Assembly (NCBI GenBank): GCA_964458555.1
Contig: CAYWJH010000004.1
Location: 12,379 to 76,378, forward strand
DNA length: 64,000 bases
Reading direction: 5' to 3'
Origin: an uncultured Spirochaetaceae bacterium
GTDB lineage: Bacteria; Spirochaetota; Spirochaetia; DSM-27196; SLST01
The notes beneath the pieces were generated by a model. It had not been told where the DNA came from. It worked only from the letters and a program-made list of their open reading frames with translations, and made no database searches. Below are positions 20,616-28,244 of this stretch, one piece after another (position 1 is the first letter of the stretch; the number at the start of each line of letters is the position of its first letter). A program made the translations under genes and the position numbers.

Positions 20616-21208
20616 TGGCCCGCCGCGACCGCCCGGACCACTACACGAAGCGCGCGAGGCGCGAGGGATACCGGGCGCGCTCGGTCTACAAGCTGGAGGA
20701 GCTGCAGCGCCGCTTCGCGATCCTCGCCCCTGGGATGCGCGTGCTCGACGTGGGCGCCGCGCCCGGCAGCTGGACGCAGTACGCGCGGAAGGTGGTCGGC
20801 GGACGCGGCTCGATCGTCGCGGTCGACCTCTCCGAGCTCCCGGCGCTCGGGGGCCTTGATAACGTGGAGGTTGTTATCGGCGACGTCACCGACGAAGAAA
20901 TCGCGCGGCGGCTCGAGCACGCGGGACCGTTCGACGCGATCGTAAGCGACGCCGCGCCGAAGACGAGCGGCAACCGCACGCTCGACACCGCACGCTCGGC
21001 GGCGATCGTCGAGCACCTGCTCTGGCTCGCGCCGCGGCTCCTCGCTCGCGGCGGGCGTCTCGTCGCGAAGCTCTTCCAGGGCGGCGAGGAACAGGCGCTG
21101 CTCGGCGAGCTGCGCTCCCGGTTCGAGACCGCGCGGCTCGTGAAGCCCAAGGCGAGCAGGGACGAGAGCTTCGAGACGTTTCTCGTGGGGACGGGGTTTC
21201 GGGGATAG
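20615..21208 (+). CDS. rlmE: 23S rRNA (uridine-2'-O)-methyltransferase RlmE/FtsJ
   Basis: Last 198 codons of track ORF 19565-21208. RSVYKLEEL, SAM motif LDVGAAPGSWTQ, VSDAAPKTSG, KLFQG. ATG 20615 overlaps the esterase TGA (TGATG). Confidence 0.85.
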   Translation: MARRDRPDHYTKRARREGYRARSVYKLEELQRRFAILAPGMRVLDVGAAPGSWTQYARKVVGGRGSIVAVDLSELPALGGLDNVEVVIGDVTDEEIARRLEHAGPFDAIVSDAAPKTSGNRTLDTARSAAIVEHLLWLAPRLLARGGRLVAKLFQGGEEQALLGELRSRFETARLVKPKASRDESFETFLVGTGFRG

Positions 21209-21239
21209 CGCCGGGGCGGGAGCCGCGCCGGGGCGGCGC

Positions 21240-22274
21240 TCAGTACTCCCGGTCGAGGAGCTTGCCGGCGACCGCGCCGAGCGCCTCGCGCAGACGCGGC
21301 TCTCCCAACGCGCCGATCGCCCGTCGTGCGCGGGACGTGTAGGCCGCTGCGCTCGAGCGCGCGGCGCGAAGGCCGCCCGCATTTCGGATCGCGGCCACCG
21401 CCTCGCGGAGGCCGTCCTCGTCGGACGGCGGCGGCACGACCAGCTCCTGGATCCGCGGGTCCCGGGTCACCGCGACGATCACCGGCAGCGTGTAGATGCC
21501 CGCGCGGAGGTCGGAGGCGGCCGGTTTCCCGATCGCGTCCGGGCGAGCGGTGAAGTCGAGAATGTCGTCGATCACCTGAAACGCCATACCCAGGTTGTAG
21601 CCCGCTCGCGCGAGCATGGCGATCTGTCCGGCTTGCGCCTTCGTCTCCGACGCGCCGGTCACGAGGCTCAGCCCGAACAGCGTGGCGGTCTTGCCCGCGA
21701 TGCGGCGCAGATAGGCGCGGCGGCTGAACGCGTCTCGTCCGGCCTCGAACATCTGGTTGATCTCTCCGCGGACGAGGTGGCCGACGGCGGCGGCGAGGCG
21801 CAGCGCGTTCTCGCGCTCGGTCCCCTCGGCGATCATCGAGAAGCAGCGCGAGAGCAGATAATCGCCCATGAGCACCGCCTGCTTGCGGCCGTAGAGCGCG
21901 TGCAGCGACGGGTCGCCGCGGCGCCGGTCGGCGTCGTCGATCACGTCGTCGTGCACCAGGGTCGCGATGTGGAGCGTTTCTATCGCCGCGGCGATCTGGA
22001 TGAGCCGCTCGTCGGCGGGTCGATCCGATCGGCCACGGCCGGCCCACGATCCGATGAGCACGAAGCCCGGACGGAGCATCTTGCCAGGCCGGGCGACGTA
22101 CTGCGAGAGCGCGTTCCCGATCGGTCCGCCCGCCGAGGCGGCGACGTCGACCACGAGCTCGTGGATACGCCGCAGGTCGTGCGCGAGCTCCGGCACGTCG
22201 GCCCAGAACGGGAAGTCGGAGAATGGAAGGCCCCGCGAGGAAGCGGGGCCTGGAAGCGCAGCCGAGCTACTCAA
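21240..22274 (-). CDS. Polyprenyl diphosphate synthase (trans-isoprenyl, medium/long chain)
   Basis: 344 aa. FARM LVHDDVIDDADRRRG and SARM FQVIDDILDF. The TTG start at 22274 directly abuts the TAA stop of the upstream NDH-2 gene. Confidence 0.88.
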   Translation of the reverse strand: MSSSAALPGPASSRGLPFSDFPFWADVPELAHDLRRIHELVVDVAASAGGPIGNALSQYVARPGKMLRPGFVLIGSWAGRGRSDRPADERLIQIAAAIETLHIATLVHDDVIDDADRRRGDPSLHALYGRKQAVLMGDYLLSRCFSMIAEGTERENALRLAAAVGHLVRGEINQMFEAGRDAFSRRAYLRRIAGKTATLFGLSLVTGASETKAQAGQIAMLARAGYNLGMAFQVIDDILDFTARPDAIGKPAASDLRAGIYTLPVIVAVTRDPRIQELVVPPPSDEDGLREAVAAIRNAGGLRAARSSAAAYTSRARRAIGALGEPRLREALGAVAGKLLDREY

Positions 22275-24242
22275 TTACGGACGCGGCTCCCCGGTGTAGA
22301 GATAGGTCTTCTTCGCGAGCTTCGTACCATTCCACTTCTCGTGCAGCCACGGCATTACGTAGTGGTCGAGCCCGAATCCGCGTCCGGCACCGCCGAGCAT
22401 GACGATCGACGCCATGATGTACCACAGCAGCTCGGGGTTGCCCCAGCCGGACGCGATGAACATCACGCTGAAGCCGATCGAAACGACCGCGGCCGGGAAG
22501 GTGAGCAGTCCGCCAATAAGCGCGAGACCGATCGCCACCTGGCCGAGCACGACCGCGCTCTGGAGCAGGAAGGCGAGCAGCGGCGACGCGCTCAGGACCG
22601 TCTCCGCGAACCAGGTGTAGATGCCCAGCGCCTCGATGAGCGGCTCGCCGTACTCGCCCGCCGCAGCGGCACCCTCGCCCGCGGCCGGGGTTGCGGCGCT
22701 CGCCGCGTCGGTTGCGGCGCTCGTCGCGTCGCCGTAGTTCACTCCGGGCAGCTTGATCGCACCGGTCCACACCTCCGAAAGGCCCTCGTCGCCCGGATTG
22801 AGCCAGCCTTCGGTGATGTGCTTGATCCCTTCGGCGAGCCATTTGCCGCCGAGCCAAAGCCGCAGCGGGACCGCCCAGTAGACGGGGATCTTCCACGCAA
22901 AGTGGCCCTCCACGAAGGACCGCTGGTCCTTGATCGTGAGGAACTCGTGCTGGATATACTCCCAGACCGCGTTGATGCCCGCGAGCCCGAGGAGGTAGTG
23001 CATGTTGATGAGGTGCTTGACCCCCATCGCGAAGATGCCGGAGAGCGACATCCCCATGACGTGCGCAACGCCGTAGCGCCCGCCAATGGAGACCATGAAG
23101 CCGTGGTAGTTCGATTCGAACTTCTTCTTTTCCTTGCCCTCGATGTCGGCGATGACGTTTTCGGACGCCGTCTCCGCGGTCTGAAGCGCGGTCTCGACGA
23201 TCTGCGGAACGACCTTGTCGCCTTCGACGAACCAGATCATGTCGCCCACGAGGTAGACGTTGCGGTAGTCGACCGACTGCATCTGCTGGTTCACGAGCAC
23301 GCGCCCGCGCTGGCCGACGACGTAGCGCTCTTCCTCGTCGAAGTGACAGCCCGCCATGCCGTGGATACCCTCGACGGAGGCGACCGAGCACTCGTCGCTC
23401 GAGCACCTGCCCTTCGTCAGGGGGATCTTCGCGGTGAACTCTGACCCCTGGATACCGGCGGTCCAGATGAAGGTGTCGGTGGGCAGCTCACGGTCTTCTT
23501 CGAGCTTCACCACACCCTCGTCGGCGCCGACGATCGTCGTGCTGAGCATGACCTCGCAGCCGATCTTTTTGAGGTACTTCGCCGCCTTCACCTGCGGCTT
23601 GCCCGGCAGGTTCGGCAGAATGTTGTCCTTCATCTCGACGACGCGGATCGTGACCTCGTCCTTCTTGATGTGATACTTCGGGCAGAGCTGGTCACGGCGC
23701 TCGCAGAGCTCGCCGGCGAGCTCGATGCCCGTGAACCCGGCGCCGGCGATCACGAAGCTGAGCATGCGCTCGCGGATCTTCGGGTCCGGCTCCTTCGCCG
23801 CCTCGCGGAAGCGCTCCTCGACGTGGGTCCGGATCCGGATCGCGTCCTCGAGCGACCAGAGCGTGAAGCTGTTCTCCTGCACGCCCGGGATGCCGAAGAA
23901 CTCCGGCCGACCGCCGGTTCCGACGATCAGGTAGTCGTATTCGTACGACGCCGTCTCCGACTTCATGACGTTATTGTCGAAGTCGATCGACTCGATTTCG
24001 TCGATGAATACCTTTACATTCGTACCGGCGAAGATCTTCCGGAAGCTGACCTGGACCGCTTCGGGTTCGGTCCGCGAGCCGGCGATCTCGTGCAACTCGG
24101 TCATCAGCGTGTGATACGGGTTGCGATCGACGAGAAACACTTCGACGTCGTCGTTGCGCTTGAAGTGTTTGTAGAGCTTCTTGGCGGCTTCGACGCCACC
24201 GTAGCCGCCGCCGAGGACGGCGATCCTGGTTCTTTCAGACAT
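22275..24242 (-). CDS. Type II NADH dehydrogenase (NDH-2) with additional C-terminal membrane domain
   Basis: 655 aa. IAVLGGGYGGVEAAKKL and FVIAGAGFTGIELAGEL dinucleotide folds. After ~aa 420 come a W-rich amphipathic segment, an Ala/Thr/Gly linker and 3-4 TM helices. Confidence 0.85.
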   Translation of the reverse strand: MSERTRIAVLGGGYGGVEAAKKLYKHFKRNDDVEVFLVDRNPYHTLMTELHEIAGSRTEPEAVQVSFRKIFAGTNVKVFIDEIESIDFDNNVMKSETASYEYDYLIVGTGGRPEFFGIPGVQENSFTLWSLEDAIRIRTHVEERFREAAKEPDPKIRERMLSFVIAGAGFTGIELAGELCERRDQLCPKYHIKKDEVTIRVVEMKDNILPNLPGKPQVKAAKYLKKIGCEVMLSTTIVGADEGVVKLEEDRELPTDTFIWTAGIQGSEFTAKIPLTKGRCSSDECSVASVEGIHGMAGCHFDEEERYVVGQRGRVLVNQQMQSVDYRNVYLVGDMIWFVEGDKVVPQIVETALQTAETASENVIADIEGKEKKKFESNYHGFMVSIGGRYGVAHVMGMSLSGIFAMGVKHLINMHYLLGLAGINAVWEYIQHEFLTIKDQRSFVEGHFAWKIPVYWAVPLRLWLGGKWLAEGIKHITEGWLNPGDEGLSEVWTGAIKLPGVNYGDATSAATDAASAATPAAGEGAAAAGEYGEPLIEALGIYTWFAETVLSASPLLAFLLQSAVVLGQVAIGLALIGGLLTFPAAVVSIGFSVMFIASGWGNPELLWYIMASIVMLGGAGRGFGLDHYVMPWLHEKWNGTKLAKKTYLYTGEPRP

Positions 24243-24362
24243 GCGTTCTCCTTGCGTTCGGAGTGAGACGTACGAGTATGTGAGGAAAATAGTACCTTAT
24301 ATATCGATTTCGGTAAACACTTCTTTGCACTAAGCGCGCGATTTGTGCCAGAAAGAGGGACA
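24243..24362. promoter_or_regulatory. AT-rich divergent intergenic region between the NDH-2 and ApbE genes (putative divergent promoters)
   Basis: This is the most AT-rich spacer in this part of the window (..gaggaaaatagtaccttatatatcgatttcggtaaacacttctttgcac..). GAGGGA lies just upstream of ATG 24363. No specific operator recognised. Confidence 0.35.
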
Positions 24363-25493
24363 ATGCACAATAAACCACCTTCCGTCACAACAAATCGGTT
24401 TTATCCTGGATCGGTGCGGGCCGATTGGACCGTCTCGCCGGCGAGGTCGGTGGTCATCCGGGCCGCCACGGCGATCCTCGTCGCGGCGGCCGTGGCGCTC
24501 CTGCTCGCCGGCTGTGGCTCGGCGCCTACCGAGCGGCATTCGGAGACCGAGCTCCTGCTCGGAACGACCGTCAGCGTCACGACCTACGGCGACGTCCCCG
24601 ACGAGGTCTACTCGCGCGTCTTCGATCGCGTGCTCGAGATCGAAGAGAAGATGAGCACGAGCGAAGAGGACTATAGCATGACCGAGCTGATGGCGGTCAA
24701 CGACGCGGCCGGTGAGATGCCGATCGGCGTCTCCGAGGACACGTTCCGGGTCGTCGCGCAGGCCGTCGACTACTCGCGGCTCACCGGCGGCGCGTTCGAC
24801 GTCTCGGTACAGCCGCTCGTCTCGCTCTGGGGCATCGGAACCGAATGGGCCGCGATTCCGCCCGAAGAAGAGATTCGAGCGGCCGTCGCCGCGGTCGACT
24901 ACCGCGCCGTCCGGCTCGACCCGCCGAGCCAGGAGATCTTCCTCCCCGAGCCGGACATGGGCATAGACGTGGGCGGGATCGCGAAGGGGTACGCCGCAGA
25001 CGAGGCCGCGCGCATCCTCCGCGAGGAAGGGGTAGAGAGTGCGCTTCTCGACTTCGGCGGCAATATCCAGACGGTGGGGACGAAGCCCGACGGCTCGGCG
25101 TGGCGGATCGGTATCCAGGTGCCCGACGCGACGCGCGGACAGTACGTTGGCATCGCAGACGTCGTCGACCTCTCGGTCGTCACCTCCGGCACCTACGAGC
25201 GCTACTTCGTCGAGGACGGGGTTCGCTACCATCATATCCTCGACACGACCACCGGGCATCCGGTGCGCAACGGGCTCGCCAGCGTGACCATCATCACCGG
25301 CGAGTCGATCAGGGCCGATGCGTTGTCGACTGCGGTCTTCGCCATGGGGCTCGAGGACGGGCTCGCCTTCGTAGAGGGTCTCGCCGAGGTAGAAGCGTTC
25401 TTCGTGACGACCGAGCGCGAGGTCATCATGACCAGCGGCATGGACGAGTACTTCGAGCTGACGAACGAGCAGTTCACGCTGGCCGATCGCTGA
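24363..25493 (+). CDS. apbE: FAD:protein FMN transferase (ApbE family) lipoprotein
   Basis: Lipobox ALLLAGCGS. FDVSVQPLVSLWG, GGIAKGYAADEA, TSGTYERYF..YHHILDTTTGHP. The track start is GTG 24345. ATG 24363 behind GAGGGA is preferred. Confidence 0.88.
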   Translation: MHNKPPSVTTNRFYPGSVRADWTVSPARSVVIRAATAILVAAAVALLLAGCGSAPTERHSETELLLGTTVSVTTYGDVPDEVYSRVFDRVLEIEEKMSTSEEDYSMTELMAVNDAAGEMPIGVSEDTFRVVAQAVDYSRLTGGAFDVSVQPLVSLWGIGTEWAAIPPEEEIRAAVAAVDYRAVRLDPPSQEIFLPEPDMGIDVGGIAKGYAADEAARILREEGVESALLDFGGNIQTVGTKPDGSAWRIGIQVPDATRGQYVGIADVVDLSVVTSGTYERYFVEDGVRYHHILDTTTGHPVRNGLASVTIITGESIRADALSTAVFAMGLEDGLAFVEGLAEVEAFFVTTEREVIMTSGMDEYFELTNEQFTLADR

Positions 25494-25505
25494 CGCGGGC
25501 CGGCG

Positions 25506-26354
25506 CTACCGGCAGAGCCGGTTCGGAAGCGGCGCCTCGACCCGGTCGCGCGCGATCCGCTCGGCGAGCGCGACGAATCGCGCCGACGACAACGTCGCCC
25601 CGGCGACGGCGTCGACCTGCGGCTCGGACGGCTGCGCGGCGATCAGGCGTTCGACGAGCGTGGACCCGACCTCCGCCGACGTGATCCCGGATGCGGTCGC
25701 AAAGCGTTCCTGGTAGGCAGCGTCGTCGCGCTTGCGACGCACCGACCCGTCGAGCTCGCGACGCACCTCGCGGTACGAGCCGGCGGTAAGGCCGTCGCCG
25801 TCGTAGGCGAGCACGAGCTCCGCACGCCAGCCGAGCTCGTCGGGCTCGTCGGAGGCGGTGTACGGTCCGGGCGTCGCGACGACATCGAGCCCGGCGGCGT
25901 CCGTCGTGAGCCCGACCTTCGCGGCCGCGAGCGCGCGCCGGGCGAGCACGTCGAAAGTGACCGACCACGTCACCGCGTTCACGGCTGCGGGCAGCGGCAC
26001 CGTCTGACGCTCGATCAGTCGCGAGCGTAGCTCGTCGAAGAGCGCGAGCAGATCGGTCCCGGTATCGAGACGGTAGCGCTCGACGAAACGCTCGGTCTCC
26101 GAGAGGCGCTCCCCGGCCGCGTCGACCGCGTCGAAGCAGACGATGTCCACGAGCCCGGCGCGCACGCGCAGGTAGATGAAGGGACGCCACCCCTCGGGAC
26201 CGGTGTGCGAGTAGGCCGCTGCGTACGTGCCGTCGCGGTAGAGCGGCGTTCCGTCGGCCGCGCGGAGCGCATCGGGGTCGGTCTCGGGCGGACCGCACGC
26301 GACGAGTACCGAAGCCGCGGCTACGAGGACGAGGAGCTCAGAACGTCTGCGCAT
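25506..26354 (-). CDS. FMN-binding-domain lipoprotein (candidate ApbE substrate)
   Basis: Internal ATG 26354 gives MRRRSELLVLVAAASVLVACG (lipobox). Two DGTY/PGPY-type half-domains. The C-terminal VDAVAGATLSS matches the flavinylation consensus Dxx(s/t)gA(T/S). The track extension to 26630 is Arg/Ser-rich junk overlapping the next gene. Confidence 0.7.
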   Translation of the reverse strand: MRRRSELLVLVAAASVLVACGPPETDPDALRAADGTPLYRDGTYAAAYSHTGPEGWRPFIYLRVRAGLVDIVCFDAVDAAGERLSETERFVERYRLDTGTDLLALFDELRSRLIERQTVPLPAAVNAVTWSVTFDVLARRALAAAKVGLTTDAAGLDVVATPGPYTASDEPDELGWRAELVLAYDGDGLTAGSYREVRRELDGSVRRKRDDAAYQERFATASGITSAEVGSTLVERLIAAQPSEPQVDAVAGATLSSARFVALAERIARDRVEAPLPNRLCR

Positions 26355-26718
26355 CGACCCCGTCCTCGTCTTCGGCGCCCTCCACGCGAACGAAGACGCG
26401 GTTGGGCAGGCAGGCGGTCCACTGTCCGGACTGGTCAAGCCATCCGGCGGCGATGCAGAGCTTGTCGCGGCACGGGCTCGAATGGACGTGCACTCGCCCC
26501 TCCTCGATCTCGACGACCGTGTCGCCGAGCGGTCCGGCGACCGGGATCGTGCGGTCGACGTCGAGCGGGTAGAGGAAGGTACCCTCGTCGGTCTCGATGC
26601 TGACCTCGCTCGCCTGCGCGCGTCCGCCAAAGGCGAAGACGCTCGCGGCGACGACCGTCGCGATGGACACGAGGAGCGCGACGTAGTCGAGCGGGCGTGT
26701 CACGAACCGTCGGCTCAT
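26338..26718 (-). CDS. NusG domain II-like (DUF1312) single-pass membrane protein
   Basis: 126 aa. N-terminal TM LDYVALLVSIATVVAASVFAF, then beta-rich ..VEIEEGRVHVHSSPCRDKLCIAAGW..GQWTACLPNRVFVRVEG.., the pattern I associate with DUF1312/NusG_II. The 3' end overlaps the next gene start by 17 nt. Confidence 0.65.
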   Translation of the reverse strand: MSRRFVTRPLDYVALLVSIATVVAASVFAFGGRAQASEVSIETDEGTFLYPLDVDRTIPVAGPLGDTVVEIEEGRVHVHSSPCRDKLCIAAGWLDQSGQWTACLPNRVFVRVEGAEDEDGVDAQTF

Positions 26719-26734
26719 GGTTCGACGCCCATCC

Positions 26735-27481
26735 TTACTTCCGCCGCTTGTCGCGGATGTAGATCTGCTTCCCGGCCGAGTTCACGGTCGAGCGTTCGTC
26801 GATGTGGAAGAGATCGATCGCCGTCACGAGCTCGCCGAGCTTCTTGTACCCGTAGTTGCGCGGGTCGAACTCGGGCGCCTTGTTGGCGATATTCTGTCCC
26901 ACCGTACCCAGGTTCGCCCAGCCGGTCTCATCGGCGGAGTCTTCCGTGGCGTTGCGAAGGAGATTGACCAGGCGCGAATCGCTCTTCATCTCGCGCGCCG
27001 TCATCGGCTTCTTCGTAGCCTCTGCCTTCTCGTCCTCCTGGCGGAGAATCTCGGTGAAGATGAACCGGTCGCAGGCGCCCACGAAGGCCTTGGGCGTCTT
27101 CTGCTCGCCGAAGCCGTAGACGATGAGCCCCGCCTCGCGAATCCGCGCGGAGAGGCGCGTGAAGTCGCTGTCGCTCGACACGACGCAGAACCCGTCCATC
27201 GTCTCGGTATAGAGCAGATCCATCGCGTCGATGATCATCGCGCTGTCGGTCGCGTTCTTGCCGCGGGTGTAGGCGAATTGCTGGATGGGCTGGATCGCGT
27301 GCTCGAGCAGGACTTCCTTCCACCCCTTCAGGTGGGTGCTCGTCCAGTCTCCGTAGATGCGTTTGACGGTCGCAACGCCGTAGTTCGCGATCTCTTCGAG
27401 CAGACTCTCGATAATGTCGGGCCGGGTATTGTCGGCATCAATAAGGACGGCCAATCGTTTCTGACCCTCGCTGTTTGGCAT
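26735..27481 (-). CDS. NYN-domain (LabA-like) protein with C-terminal OST-HTH/LOTUS domain
   Basis: 248 aa. LAVLIDADN, NATDSAMIIDAMD, CVVSSDSDFTRL (NYN). C-terminal GWANLGTVGQNI..FDPRNYGYKKLGELV (LOTUS-like). Confidence 0.85.
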   Translation of the reverse strand: MPNSEGQKRLAVLIDADNTRPDIIESLLEEIANYGVATVKRIYGDWTSTHLKGWKEVLLEHAIQPIQQFAYTRGKNATDSAMIIDAMDLLYTETMDGFCVVSSDSDFTRLSARIREAGLIVYGFGEQKTPKAFVGACDRFIFTEILRQEDEKAEATKKPMTAREMKSDSRLVNLLRNATEDSADETGWANLGTVGQNIANKAPEFDPRNYGYKKLGELVTAIDLFHIDERSTVNSAGKQIYIRDKRRK

Positions 27482-27554
27482 GTGTAGACACTACGGCATC
27501 GGGCGCGGATGATCAATGGTTGACAGATCGGGCGGGTCGATCGATGCTTAGCCG

Positions 27555-28244
27555 ATGAACTGGTGGGGCATCGTCGTATCGTTCGGCTTCGTATTCGGTT
27601 TCATCGGCATCGCTCAGCTGCTGCTGCGCGCCGGGCGGATCTCTCCTTCGGTCACGCGCAAGGTCGTCCATATTGGCGTCGCTCACTGGTGGATCCTGGC
27701 GATGGTCTTCTTCGACCGCTGGGAGTTCGCAATCGTCGGCCCGGCGGCGTTCATCCTCATCAATCTCGCGAGCTATCTCTTCCGGCTCTTCCCCGCGATG
27801 GAGCACGAGAAGCGGAGCCGAAACCTGGGAACGGTCTACTTTCCGGTAGCGCTCCTCGCGTGCGTGCTGCTGACGTGGGCGGGGCCGGTGCCCATCTGGG
27901 TCGGCGGTCTGGCGATCCTCGTGCTCGGCTGGGGTGACGGGCTCGCCTCCGTCGTGGGCGAGAGTCGCGGATCGGGCTTGCTGACGGTGTTCGGCGCGAC
28001 GAAGAGCATCGCAGGAACGGTGACCATGTTCGTCGTCTCCACCGTCGTGGTCACCGTCTTCGTCCTTCTGTTCCTCGCGCCGGGCCCACTTGGAAGCGCC
28101 GGCGGCGACCCGGCGGTCGCGGTGCTCGTCGTGCGGATCCTCGCGACAGCGCTCGTGGCCACGCTCGTCGAGCTCGCGACTCCGTTCGGGCTCGACAACC
28201 TCACGGTGCCGATCGTGACGCTCCTGTTCTTCCATCTCGTATGA
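27555..28244 (+). CDS. Polyprenol (phytol/dolichol-type) kinase, CTP-dependent family
   Basis: 229 aa, polytopic. RKVVHIGVAHWW and GWGDGLASVVGE motifs. The TGA overlaps the next ATG. Confidence 0.7.
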   Translation: MNWWGIVVSFGFVFGFIGIAQLLLRAGRISPSVTRKVVHIGVAHWWILAMVFFDRWEFAIVGPAAFILINLASYLFRLFPAMEHEKRSRNLGTVYFPVALLACVLLTWAGPVPIWVGGLAILVLGWGDGLASVVGESRGSGLLTVFGATKSIAGTVTMFVVSTVVVTVFVLLFLAPGPLGSAGGDPAVAVLVVRILATALVATLVELATPFGLDNLTVPIVTLLFFHLV

